A stretch of 64,000 nucleotides of DNA from Mesotaenium endlicherianum (lineage: Eukaryota). A program made the translations under genes and the position numbers. Of this stretch, positions 39,555 through 52,647 are shown piece after piece. The stretch spans positions 17,776-81,775 of the forward strand of contig WELA01003517.1 in the NCBI GenBank assembly GCA_009602735.1, written 5' to 3'. The notes under the pieces are model-generated. The model was not told the DNA's origin. It did no database searches and saw only the letters and a list, made by a program, of their open reading frames with translations. Each line of letters begins with the position of its first letter. The first letter of the stretch is position 1.

Positions 39555-42500
39555 ATGGCCGAGTTCATGAGCTTGCTCTCCTCCAAAAGTGGCGAACCTC
39601 ATGAAAACCTCCATACCGAGGACTACGTTGCTGCAACTGGCAAAGCACTCTCAGTACACCATGAGGTTCTTAGCCGCTCTGACAGTTTTGAGGAAGCTCG
39701 GACAGGCCACATAGCCAAGGAAAGATTTGGTGTTGGTCACATTATTATGGGTATAGACATTGGCGGTACCAGCATTAAGGCTGCGCCAGTGAACACTCGG
39801 ACCGGGGAGCTTGTGGATGAAAAGTTTGTTATTCTTACACCAAAACCAGCAACACCTGATGCTGTGGCTGATGTTATAGCACAGATGCTGAAACACTTCA
39901 ACGTAAGTAAAAGTCTTGCGAAATAGAAGGCAATTCATGTTCTCCAATATCCCATGTGCGTCATAATGCAGGGACGTTCACGAAAGTCACAGCAATTGAA
40001 TACCAAGGGATCTGGCTTCTTGAGGGCCGACACCACACGACCGACAATGGCTGCCAAATACATAAGGCAGCATGCACAAACTAGTAAACTCTGTCACGCA
40101 ATTATGTTGGTGCTCTTCAATTAAATATACACATTGAGCAAGTTTAAGAAAATATGATGACTACTTTTCATGTGCACAGCGGTAGGCTCATACATGATTG
40201 AAGAAGTCATTCACAACTTCTGGCCTTCCTTCCAAATTTCCAATCTATATAAATGAAGCATATCCCTGCATTCCAAAGCAGCTGAGAGATTATTCTGCCA
40301 GCATCATGTCGTTTCTGACAGTTCACATGCCTGCGACTGCAGTGGAAAGGACCGGTGGGGGTGGGCATACCTGCTGTGGTCAGGCAGGGGCAGATTTTTA
40401 CTGCTGCTAATAGTAAGCCCTCTGTCCCCTGACCCCACGTGCCCTTGACTCTCAGCCTGCCAGTCTAGCCCGGGTCCTGCTGGGATGCTGGTATTGCATG
40501 TTATCATTTCGTATTTCACTTCACACCTCCACATATGCGAAGGCATGTGCTGCCTGTGTCACGGCTTGTACCCCATGGTGCATGTCACTCTGTAGCAAGG
40601 TAGCAACTTGAGTCTGCAGGGCTCTGCTGATATCCTACCCTTCCACATTCGCGCTACCATCTCACCAGGGTGAAACGGTTGCCAGGTGTCCGCGTGGCAG
40701 ATTGTCTTGCAATTTGAATATTCGGTCAGGCTCTCGGGAGAGGGCTCTGGCTGGACGTGCCGACTGCAGCCATGGAGTCGGGTTGCTGAGAGGGCAGCCT
40801 GAGAAAGCCATGCCTCCATGTCCTTCGTGCCTGCAGCTTTACACGAAGAATCTGACATCCAGGTTTCGGGTGGTGGGGTGTTGCGCGGCTCTGCAGTCGA
40901 TCAGAGCTGGATTGGCGTGAACGCGGAGCAGTTGTTTGGCGAGAAGGCGGGCTCCCACGTGGCAGTCGTCAACGACGCCGACGCAGCAGGCTATGCGGAG
41001 ATGGGATTTGGCGCTGGCGCCCGCAACAGACAAGGCAGCGTCATCATGGTGACGTTTGGCACGGGTATCGGAACTGCCATGTTCATTGAGGGCATCCTGG
41101 TAAGCCATGGTTGATCCATGGCTCGTGAGATTGTGCCAATGACAATGACGAGGACAATGACATGGACAGAAGAAGATGGAGCACCAGCTGTCATTGAGTG
41201 CGGGGGAGACAGATAAGGGAAGCCGACACTGGCATGCGTCTGTTGTGCTGCTGTGCTGGAATCACCTGGTCTCCCTTGCAATGGTACTGAGTGCAGATGG
41301 CTTCTTCACCACGTTGGGTTGGTCAAACATTAGAGTCATCAATTTGTATAACATGTTTGTGTCAGTCTTCGAGACTTGTAGTAAGAGGGCTACGCCAGCC
41401 TGGCAGCGCTTCAACAGGGGCCAGCATGACATCAAAAAGACTTGATAGCTTGTCACGCAGGAAAGCGCTGGAGGGTGCTCCAAACTTCAGGAGGGCACTC
41501 ATAAGCAAACCAGTCTTAATCTCAGCCTCAGTCTCAGTCGCTCCCTCTCTGCATGGTGATCCGAGAGAATGTTTCGCCCAGGGTTTCTTTTCCCTCGTGC
41601 GTGCGAGGGAGCACATGCAGTCTCTCGTTGCCCCCCTGCCCCGCCCCTGTCCTGCCGCCAGGTGCCGAACATGGAGCTGGGCCACCTGGAGCTGGAGGGG
41701 AAGGAGGCGGAGAAGGAGGCGGCGGGCGTGCTGGTGAAGCAGCTAGGCCTCAGCTGGGACCAGTGGGCCGACCGCGTCTCGCGATACCTCTCCTACCTGG
41801 AGAGGGTCCTCTGGCCCACTCTCATCGTGAGCACCCCTCCATGGCTCCCTGCATGGCTCCCCCACCCCCACCCTCTGCCCTCCTGCCTCCCTNCCCCCCT
41901 GTCCCTCCTCCCCCCTGCTTGACTGCCCTGCAGTCTGGCACAGTGTCGGTCAATTGAGTGTGTGTGTCTGTGCAAGTGTTCGAGTGCTTCCAATCGGTTC
42001 TGGGGAGAAAGCGCCTTGAAAAGAACTTGTTTCACCCCATCCATGCCAGACGACATAGGGCCTGCCAAGCTGCCACGGAGTAGGGCGGGTGCATGTCGGA
42101 GCGGGCGGGCTCTTCAGAAGTAGCACTCGTCTCGCGGGCCTTGGGTGGAGGGTGGAGGAACAGTTACCACCTCGGCAAAGACACGTGGCACCGCGTCTGG
42201 CCGAGAGCTGCCCCCCCGCCAGCAGCAGCACTGTGAGCTCGTGATTGCCGCGGGAGAATGCATTTGTTTTGCAGATGCTGGCCCTTGATAGGAACACCAA
42301 ACACCAAAAATGACAGAGCTCTTTGGAGGAGCAGATCCGGGGTCCTCCATGCAGTCTTCCTCTGGCGGTTGTCGTCTGCTGGCTCCTCTGGGTTGCCGCA
42401 GTAGGAGAGCACAGGCTGGTGGTTGTCTTCCCTCTGGGCGTGTGATTGTGTCGACAGGACAGACAGCAAGTCAGGTCATGCCATATTTACACACGAGGCA

Positions 42501-42749
42501 GTGAAGATGGTCACGAAGTCATGCCGGGGGAGGGGGATTGGGGNCTACTCTGACCATATTCTGAGTTGGGGTTGTTTCATGCTAGTGCAAGCTTCAAGCC
42601 ATTCAGGATAAGGCCATCTATGTTATCGTGCCGCATCTATTGAGTGCATGTTAGGCAAGCAGGGTTTGCAGAGCTCAGTGAACAGGTGGTGTGCAGGTGC
42701 TAAAGGTGCTCCTTGCTTTGATCCCCTCGCTGTGTGTGTGTGTGTGTGC

Positions 42750-42781
<32 letters not shown>

Positions 42782-43561
42782 TCACGCATGCTTGCGTGCG
42801 CATATGCATCTAAGGACTTCAGATTGTGGGAGGAGGTGTCAGCAACGCACACGAGGAGGTAACATGACTTTGACATGTCCTCATTGCGTGCACTAGTTGT
42901 AAGATTGATGCATCTTTGAGATGATGCCATGATTCAAACCCCGTACATCATGAACCCTTAGCCAATCATATGAACGGTGTGGCGTTTGAGACCCATACAT
43001 GAATGTTGTCGCACAGCTTTTGCACTTTGTATTGATGGCCCTATTTGCGACGCGCCCACGTTCAGCTTCTAGTTCTCATGTTGCTTGGATGAGCTTGCCA
43101 GACTCGAGTCAACACTTTCTGCCACACGTAGAAACAGGAGCTATGTCTGCTGAATCAAACTGTAGGGCCATGCTGGGCCGAAGCTTCTGTCAAGAAGTGT
43201 CCACACTCCTGTCTTCGTTTGTCTTCTAAAAGGTCTCTAGTGTCCAGGGACAGCTGTCCACTGGCCAGAGGGGCCGAGATTGAGTTCTTGTATCTGCCTT
43301 TGCAACGCTCGTTTGGTTTCGTGGCCCCCATTGCTGCCACTGCCCCTCTCGTCGTTCACTTCCCGTCTCTCTTCATCCTTTACTTCTCCGTTTTGCTGCA
43401 AGCAGTGGCTGCCTAAGGTGAAGCTGCCAAACAGCACCCCCATCGTGGCTGCCGCTTCGGGCAACGACGCCGGCATCATCGGAGCGGCTCTGGCAGCCCT
43501 GGCGAGGGCCGCCTACGACGAGACCAAGCGCCCGCAGCAAGTGGATGTCCTCTGCATGTGA
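39555..43561 (+). CDS. ppgK: Polyphosphate glucokinase-like ROK-family kinase (bacterial PpgK type), 325 aa, six exons
   Basis: Exons 39555-39902, 40343-40412, 40897-41099, 41662-41826, 42823-42858, 43406-43561 (978 nt, all GT-AG, in phase). Motifs GIDIGGTSIK, TPKPATPDAVA, VGVGIPAVV, TAANIDQSWIGVN, VVNDADAAGYAE, TFGTGIGTA, VPNMELGHLE, LSWDQWADRV, IVGGGVS and NDAGIIGAA occur in PpgK order. Confidence 0.9.
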
Positions 43562-44392
43562 TACAATACATTCTTGCATGCATCTCATTGTCGCTGTGTA
43601 CATGACATGTGTCCCTCGTCTCCTGAGCGCCGGCTCTGAAATCTGGTGCATCCGAACGTGCTTTCAAATTCTGGGACTAGCAGTACAAACGAAGGGCTGG
43701 GACAGATAGTGGGAGTTGAGCAGTAGTGATAGCATTTTTGAAGGTCCGGGCTCAACCGACCTGTTGTGCCTATTCCTGCCTACCTCAGATGCTCTGTCCC
43801 CTCCACTTGCTTTACAATCATCGTTAATGTAAATAAAGCACATTTTGACTGTCGGTCTCATGAGTTGGCAGCCGCATTGCATGCTCCTGCTATTTGCACA
43901 TGGTTACAGAGAACAGCCATCTTGTTGATTACCTAGTAAATGTTTAGTCATTGGCAGTACCTGTGCTTGTGGATTGGCAGTTCTGCTGTTACACCTGAAA
44001 CGCGCAGGTAGGCTTGTGCGCCGATGTAGCTTCTGAGAGCCACGTGGCAATGATAGAGGAGATCTCAACATACTGCATGAACGAGAGTCGACTAGCTCAG
44101 CAAATGATGTGGTGCCACACAACCCATTGTGCTCCTTCCGTTGTGCGAGTAAACCAACAAATAAATTGCCGAAAGCCTAAGTGCTAGCGCTATGCGAAGG
44201 CTCCGCGTATAGGGCTACCCCGGCTAGGCTTGTCGTATCCAAGACAGGCCCTTCGCCCAGCATACTGTGGCTTGCACAGACCTACCAGGCTGCTCCACCG
44301 AGTATAAGTATGCAAATGGAAATACCGTACCTTACCAAGTTCATGATATATACGCAGTAGAAAGTATGCAGCCACGTTCAACTTGCTGCCAT

Positions 44393-47300
44393 TCACTTGC
44401 TTCTCAAGAACGTACTCCTGCGGTACGAGACGCCGTTCAAGTCCTCGATGACCCACTTCAACTCAGTCATGTCCCCAACGGTGAAATGTATGAGAGGGCC
44501 CTTGCTCGACGAGCTTGCTCCCTTCTCCACGTGCAATGTTCCTTCCGAAAGTTTCCTGTACCACTCTAAAACCCCCCCTTTCTCGCCTCTGCCTGTACCC
44601 GCCTCATCCCTCCGGCTGGACGTGCTCTGCTGTGAGCGTGCTGACGTCAGAGACGGGCCTTGAGGGACACCTGCAGACAACTCTGATGAAGTTGCCGCAT
44701 GGCTCTCCAGCTGTGCTGGTTCCTCAGAAGTCGAAGCGGAAGAGGATGGTGCAGCAGGCGACCTCTTATAAGCAGATGACACCTGGCAGACAAAGAAGCC
44801 CCGGTTTGCAACCGAGCTGAGCACTTCCTCAGCCTGCCTGCCTACGCCGACAACCTGCGCAGCATAATACGCAGATAGGATGGTGAGGTGATCTGACGGT
44901 TTGACACGTGTCCACGCATTGAAAATGCGAAGACCCTCAGTGCCACGAAAGCCGAGTATTAGCAGCAGTCGAGACTTTCACATCCGCACACAAGCATTTG
45001 TGTCAACTCCATCTCAGGAAGTTCGACCAACGTCAGCCATCGTTAGCGCACAAATACTAACTTCCAGACACATTCACCCCACTGACATCAAGCCACCCAC
45101 GAAGACCATGATTGGGGCCGCCGCATGCACAGCGTGGAGTATGTACCGAAGTGAGGGACAAGTGAACGAAAGCTGCCCTGGCAAGCGCGCACCCGCTTGG
45201 GCCCAGGCCTTGACTGCTGGATCAACAGACGCATATGAACTTAGCTGTACGCCAGGACATTCATGCTGGCAGCAGGCGTATTCTTAGGGCACCCTCACCA
45301 AATGCTCACTTTTAAGTCAATTCAGACACACTCGCCCTGGTGCTTGTAGGCGTCCCCGTGGTGCTTGTTGGCATCCCTGGCGAGCAGCATGCGGAACACA
45401 AAACAAACTGGAGACTTACACCAGGAGGACTAAACCAAACTCGCCCACAGCCCTCAGTGCTCACAATGCTGTACCTCCTCAAATGTGCGGGGGGCGACTG
45501 TGCCTAACTATCTGCGAGAAGTCGAGGAGGACAGTCGTGCTCCAATGCCAGGAAAAACTGGGCGTTCTATGCAAACGACGAAACGGAAGCACCGCACAGC
45601 CCGCACACACACAGGCCGGCTAGCGAGAGGGCACAGTAAGTAGTAGCAGTGCAGTGGCAGCAGCAGCAGCACCCACCAGCATCACCTGCTTGGGCTCCAG
45701 CTTCCAGTCTCTGCAGATCGTCTCCAACGCCTTCCCGCTGCTCACCTTGCACGACGCCGCACGCCCATCACGGGTGGCCCTGTCAGTCTGCAGATCCAAC
45801 ACACATGCGAGTGCTACTCACGCTGCTACATCTCCCTCTCTCTATGTACGCATGCGTGCGCATGCGCATGCGCATGTGCGTGTGCGTATGCGTGTGCGTG
45901 TGCGTGGGCATTGTGTGAGAGTGCGTGCGTGTGTCAGAGTGCGTGTGTGTGTCAGAGTGCGTGTCTGCGCGTGCGAGCCTGTCTAGCTGTGTGCGTGTGC
46001 GTGTCTTTGTGCACATGGGAATGTCATCAGAGTCCCAGTCACACGTATTGTGACACACTGCAGAGCTCCCTCACAGCAACAGCTCCTCATTCACAACCTG
46101 AAGTGCTAGCGGCACACGAGCCCACACACAACACACAACAACACCTTCTTAATGCCCACCGCCAAAAGCACCTGTTGACTCAACCCCCCTCTCCCATCCA
46201 TCACCAGCATCGTCCGCAGGCGTCAGGCGCGATCCCATTGGCACCAGCCCAGCAAGTTCGACCCCTCAACCCTAACCTGAACCTTAAAACCCTCATTCTG
46301 AACCTCAGCCCTGATACAAATACCATAAACCCGACAGCCTACAAACTCACCCCCCGGCGCCCTCTACGAAAGCAGTTGCCAAGCACAGGCCGAGCTGAGA
46401 CGGTGCTCCAGCCAGCCCCAGGTTGAGGGCGATCAGCGATTGGCAATCGGCGGCAGCCCACCTGAGGGGCTTCTCCGCATATGCGGGGGAGGCGGAGGAG
46501 GCGGCGCCAGCACGGAGCAGGGTGGGATCGAAGGGGAAAGCGCCCAGCTGGTCGAGCAGCAGCGCCACGTCATCGGGCGGGCCCTCGGCCAGCAGGCCCT
46601 GCGAGAGACGCCTCTCCTGCGGCGCCCAGCAGCCCCATCACACCCCCCCGGGCGGCAGCAGCAGCAGCAGCAGCAGCAGCGCAGCTCCTTAAGGCGTATT
46701 TGTGAGCTATGCTTCACCAGTCAACCAATCACACGGCCACGGGAAAAACGAGCAGCACACTCGGACAAGCAGGTGTATGCGTGTGTGTGTGTGCGTGTGT
46801 GCGTGTGTGGGCGTTTATGTTTGTGTGTGCGCGCGCGCGTGCGAGTGTGTATATGCGTGTGCATGCAGCTATCCATCTGTGTGTGTACGTGTGTGTACGT
46901 GTGTGCCTGCGTGTGCGTGCATGCATGCATGCGCGCGTGTATGTGTGTGCGTGTGTGTTATGTGTTTGTATGTAAATGTATGTGCATGCGTGCGTGCGTG
47001 CGTGCATGCGTGTGGGCGCGTACGTCAGCTCTGTTGCAGTTTGCACTTATTCTGCATGCTTTAGGGGCAGAGGGGGACAGGAGCAAGCAAAGAGCGCAGG
47101 CAGCTTCCCTCTAGGCACATGAGGAACGCGAAGCTCCTCCTGCCAGGACAGCATGGGATCAGACGAGATGGAAGTGGAAGGGTAGAACACCACGCCCCAA
47201 CCTCGCATGACCTGCATGCGGGGGGGGGATGCTGTACCTCTACTTGGACGCAAGCAGCTTCCTCCCCCAATCTCAATCCCACCTCATAGGAGTGCATGAT

Positions 47301-48887
47301 CATGCCGTGCTGATTGATCCACGCACACATTTGTCGGCAGCACACTTTTACTTCCATGCATGCAAAGTGCCTGGTATGCAACCACGTCTCCCCGCGCCCC
47401 AACAGGACAGCAGAAAAAAAGTCTGCTCGCAACAGACCTACACTATGCTGCGGCTCAAATCGCGGTTGTGGAAAACATAACCACGCAAGGATGAGGACGC
47501 TGTGCGGGACTTCTCCATCTCTTCCCACTCAAATTTTCCACGCAGAATTTGCACAAAAATGTTCATCTGCGTGATTGTAGAGTACAAACATATGGAGCAT
47601 ATGGAGCATGCGCTGACACGCTCGGCCCCGCCACTCACACACAACCTGGAAGTAGCGCAGGAGTCCGGCAGAGCCGGGCATGGCGATCCAGTCCTTGGCG
47701 TCCGCCGCCGCCACTGAGCCAATCGCAGGCCGGCGTCGCATGCCCGAGAGGGCCGCTCCCCCCCCCTCGGCAACGCCAAAGCGCGCCTGCTCCCGGCGCG
47801 TCTCCGCCATCACACGCTTCTCCCTCAGCCGCGCCGCGTACTTGGCCCGCACACCGCCACCTGTCCCCCCCCCCAGCAGCTCCTCCAGCTCCCTCTCCTT
47901 GCTCACGGCCCCGCTGCTCCCCCTCGCCCCAGTGGCGTCCCCGCCTGCACCTCCCCCACCTGCTCCCGCGCCTGCGCTTCTGCCTGCAGAGGCGCCTGCG
48001 GCGGCGCCGCCGGCCCCCGGCCTGGCCGAGGAGGGGAGTGCGCCAGGTGGCAGCCGCTCCTCCACCCTCCCGGTAACGCTGGGGAGCAGGCTGCCAAGGC
48101 CGAGCTGGTCAGTGAGCTCGTCGATTGAGATCCCCTGGGTGGTGCGTGCGACGGGTTTGCTGGCATCGTGGGCGGGCGGGGGAGTCACGCCCAGGCCCTC
48201 CCAGTGCTTTTTCACAAGCTCCAATACCTCCGCCTTTGCGGCAGCCTCCGGATCAGAGGGGGGGTCAGAGTCAGAGGCAGAGGCAGAGGCAGAGTCAGAG
48301 CCACCGCATCGCTGGCTGGCGTCTCCGCTGACAGCCGCGGCGCTGCCAGGTGGCAGGCCGGGAGTACCCTGCTCCAGGCCCAGCATGAGGGCGGACATGT
48401 CGTATATGATCCCCCGCACCAGAAAGCCAGGAGCTGCCGTCCGTCTGAGCTGCTGCTGCGCGTAGATCTGCTCCATGTTGGCGTATGCTCTCTTCTGCTG
48501 CTTCCCCCTCGGCCAGCGCCCCAGCCGCCCCGACGACGCGGGAGGCGGGGGGGCGCCCAGGAGGTCCGCCAGCAGCTCCCTGAAAACGTCGCCCAGCCCG
48601 GAGGCGGAGAACACGGACCAGTCGACGTCAAACATGCGCTCGCCACCCCCGCTGCTCGCGCTTGCTTCCTCGGCATGTTGCGAGGGGATCTGGGTGGCTG
48701 GATGATGGGCTGGTGCTCTTGTGGTGAGGCTGCTGCCTCTGAGCTCCCCCCCCTCTGCACCGGCGGAGTAAGGGTGAGAGGCACTGAAGCTGTTGGAGAG
48801 GGTAGGGATTGATTTGCACACGGTGCTCTGCAGGCACGAGCTTTGCAGACGTGGCTTGAAGAGGCCGCATCTCAGAAGCGTCTTCAT
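44393..48887 (-). CDS. HAD-superfamily-like protein with degenerate catalytic motifs and probable organellar transit peptide, about 639 aa
   Basis: Exons 48887-47646, 46616-46462, 45737-45677, 44854-44393 (1920 nt, in phase). Segments [52 protein letters not shown] and [10 protein letters not shown] are collinear with plant HAD hydrolases of the LRGVVFDMDGTL / MPG / LLHICxxW..EVMMVGD type. Confidence 0.75.
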
Positions 48888-50327
48888 AGCGCAAAGGCGT
48901 CGATGGTATCTCTGGAGGCGCGCACAAGCACTTCGGTGACTGCTCAGCTGGACAGTGTCCGCATCCCAATTTACAAGAAGCTAGGATCGACGTTAGGGAA
49001 TAGGGCAACGCGAGAAGCTCCGCCGAATTTTTTTCGAGATGTCAGCTCAACGCTGACATCCCTTGAGACATAGAAAACCAAAGTATGCGGACCCTCCCCT
49101 CAGTCGTGGCTGACAAAGTCAAAAAAAAGGAGATGAGCAATTTATAAAGATGAGCCATGTCACTATTCAACTGCGACTGGACGCAAGGCGTACCTCCACA
49201 GGAGCACAAATCGCTTGTGCTCTGCCTCGAGCGAGGCGGGAAGTAACTTTCTCAAGCACGACGCTCTAACATGAACACTTTTTGCTGCGCTTCTAGTGAA
49301 CAACGTTGGTGCTCGTCAATCATATCTGATGACTTGTGAAAGTGGTAAGCCCCCACGTAAGCGTGCAGCGAAAAGTTATGATGCTGCTATGATGGTATAA
49401 ATGTATTGGTCACTTGTGTTAACGCTAAAGTCGATTTTCGAATGAAATACTGCTGAACTGGAATGGAAATGAGGCAGCTGATTCGTACATGCGATTGACG
49501 GTCAACAAGAAGAAACGTTGACAAATGTTGAAAAATTATTGCACAAGCATCCATTATTAAACACCCATGTGAACACCGAACGATGTAGAATGATGGGGAC
49601 AATCTCAAACGAACGATGAGCAGATGATAGATGGATATCCAACGATTCTGATTACTTTTCGTAATATGGAAGTTTACTGAATATACTATATGAGGGGCCT
49701 GTTTGGAGTGGCCAAACGAGTTTCGATATGTCATGAAACGTACGACGTCGTCCCAGCAAGTTACATCAGCCAATTGAACACGAAATACTGTGAAATACGG
49801 TGCTCTTCTTTTTTGAACCCACAATCTCCGCTGTCATTTTTAAGTATTGCCACTGTAAGAATTTGAACTGAATCTAGTACGTTGAAAAACGTTGAAGCAT
49901 GTTGCAGACCCCTGGATTCATAACTTTTTGGGTGTTATTTGTGATATTGGATGTTCAAAAAACCAATCAAAACAAAAAGGATGTCAAATAAAATCCAGTT
50001 TGTTAAAAGCGGATGTCACATAAAACTCGGAAATTCTTGATTTAGATGCTAAAAAAATCCTTTCATCAAAGTTCGGATGTTTTTTTACCAATAGGGTACG
50101 GGCCCTAAGGCTAGGGGCCAGAGCCTACGACTTGTCTGGTTAATCATTGCCAGTGGTCACTGGTCAGTGACCAGTCATAACTCCTGGATCACCAACAAGA
50201 ATTTTGAAGGAGCCCAAGCCCCTCACATTGCAAAGTTTGAATGCCATACAATGGCAACCCTGTAGATTGTCGCCCTTGTCGACTATAGTAGGTACAAGTT
50301 ACTACCTGCAAGCTGGTGCAAACCCCC

Positions 50328-50751
50328 CACCTTTTAATTCATATTGTGGGGGGGATGAGAGATCCCCAGGGGTCCCGGAGGGCCCGAAGGGCAAAAAAGG
50401 CCTTGCCCAAAGGGCCCTCCGGGAAGCCTTAGCCTTGGCTGCCCCCGACCACAAAAGAAATATTTTTTCCGTAGGGCCTCCCGCCCCGGGCTGCCCCCCG
50501 AAGGGGGGCACGTCGCCCCCTGCCCAAAGGGCAAAAAAACTCTACGGGCCCAAAGGGATGTCGGGGAAGGAGAACAAAAGATTTCGTTCTCCTTAGGCCA
50601 AGGGCCCCTTCGGGACCCCCGACAAGAAAAATTAAAAGGTTTCCCGGAGGGGCCCTTTGGGCAGGGCCGGCATAGGGCGGGAAGCTCTAAGGCTCTGGAT
50701 TTTTACTCCCATCCCCCCGCCCTCCCTCCCCACAATATAGATTAAGAGGTG
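50328..50751. mobile_element. Probable non-autonomous TIR element (MITE) with CACC...GGTG ends
   Basis: Left end CACCTTTTAATTCATATTGTGGGG; reverse complement of right end CACCTCTTAATCTATATTGTGGGG. GC-rich interior in AT-rich flanks. Possible 3-bp CCC TSD, which is low complexity. Confidence 0.6.
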
Positions 50752-50886
50752 CCCTCTACTACAATTTTTCAAGGAAAAAACTTTTTCTTACTAGACTTAA
50801 ACTGAGACTTAAATTGAGCCTAAAACTAAGATCAAAAATGAGCATGGACCGAGAGTAAGTGCCAGACTAAGTGCCTGTTTACGCTA

Positions 50887-51925
50887 GGACATTTTGGTGC
50901 AATATTATCGAACCAAACATAAGTCACAGTACTTGAATGTATGTTTAAAAAGGACGCGTTTTAGAGTTGTTTACAGTGGTTTCTATGTGATGGTTTTGAT
51001 ATTTAAATTTTGAACGAGATAGTGAGTTTGTTCAATAGTTACCAACTCTTTAATCCCCCTTAAGGAGAGATAAACAGAAACTCTTGGAAGCTATTCAACC
51101 TCAATTTAATACAAGCACCTCCCGTTTTTTTCTCAAATTATCTCCATGTGTACTCAAAATTTATATGGAGATAGCATATTTTCATTGTTTTTTTGCAAAC
51201 TCTGCTTGTACCATTCGCACGAGATTGCAAAGAGGGATATTGACAAAACTCTTGGAGAAATATCATCGTCATTCACTGTAAACCAAAACCGTTATTCAAT
51301 AATACCCCATGTTTGAGAACATTGTTGGCATTTCCATCGACAATGTTTTTGATACCGCAATCGCCGTCGTTTAGTTATTGACCCTAAGGGCCTCTTTACA
51401 GTGGGCCATTTTGGTGCAACATTGTTGAACCAAAAGTACGTCACTCTACTAGAATGTACGTCGAGATAAATGACACGTTTTAGGGTAGTTTAAAGTGCTT
51501 TTTACGCAAAGATTTCGATATCGGAATATACATTAGTTTTGAACAAATAGTTGAGTTCGTTCAAAAATTTCCAGCGTATGAATTCACCTCATGGAGGTGA
51601 ATTGAAAGTCTTGCAAGCTATTCAACCAGAATCCACGACGAGTTCCTTCATTTTTTTGTGTCAAAACAACTGCAGGTGTATTAAACGTTTGTGTGATGAT
51701 AGTTGCTAAGCTTTGTGATTACACAACCTCAAAATCAGGTGACCATTTGCGCAAGATCGAGGAAAGGGTACTTAACAAAAGCTCTTTGTAACTGGCGACG
51801 TAATTTGATCGTGATTCACTGTAAATCAAACTTTTTTTGATCAAACTCATATTTTCAAACATTTTCGGCAATTTGTTTGAGGATGCTTTCAATGTCGCAA
51901 TCACCGTTGTCAAATATTATTGCTC
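50887..51925. repeat. Diverged tandem duplication, about 515-bp period, two copies
   Basis: Collinear anchors CATTTTGGTGCAA (about 50890 and 51407), AAGCTATTCAACC, TGATTCACTGTAAA-like and CGCAATCRCCGT recur in both halves. Confidence 0.75.
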
Positions 51926-52107
51926 TATCCATGGTAAACAGGCCCTAAAATTGAGACTGAAACTAACGAACAAGGGAGAAGCATGAAGGACCCTCATTGT
52001 ACTCGATAATATATTGTTAGATGCATTAGCGTTGAAAACCTTAAATATGCACTACTAGCCTCTCACATTATTCGTCACATGTGATGATTGCCACTTTATA
52101 GGCATTT

Positions 52108-52610
52108 TGTAGTGAAACAGATAGATAAAGTACTTAGTAAAACAGAATACTTTATCTATTCAAGACAAGGATCTTTGAACACAAGTGGTAGCTTCTCGAA
52201 AGAGAGATGGCTTCTTGAAAGTTAATATATTTCTGGATTTTGGCAAGTGCAAGAGTGATTCTGGAATGTCTTTCTATGTTCTAGCTCTTGTTTATATACT
52301 TGCTACATAAGTAATTTCTAGGAAGGTGTATGTTGATGTGTTGGCACCCAACACATCCCAAAACTTGCCACCTCTTTCTAGAATAATGTACACATGTCCT
52401 TTTGACCTAAAAATGGCACATTTGACTTTTGCCACATGGAGTTCTTCTAGGTCTTTCCTCTAACTTCGAAAATGCCTTGGAAGGTTCAAAGGACATGAAC
52501 CAAGTTACTAGAGTACCTATTCACACTTGACTCCACACAATACTACTCCAAATATATTTGAAAACATTAAAATATATGCAAACTAATATATAATAACTCA
52601 AATCACTACA
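52108..52610 (-). repeat. 3' LTR
   Basis: TGTAGTGA...TCACTACA; direct repeat of 58285-58787. Adjacent polypurine tract reads GGGGGGGTGA on the minus strand (52611-52620). Confidence 0.96.
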
Positions 52611-52647
52611 TCACCCCCCCGATAGAAAAAGCGACGTCTCGGCGCGT

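Noticed and set aside
43544..43561. ppgK C-terminal DVLCM as a prenylation signal
   Set aside because: The Cys is second from the end, so it is not a CaaX motif.
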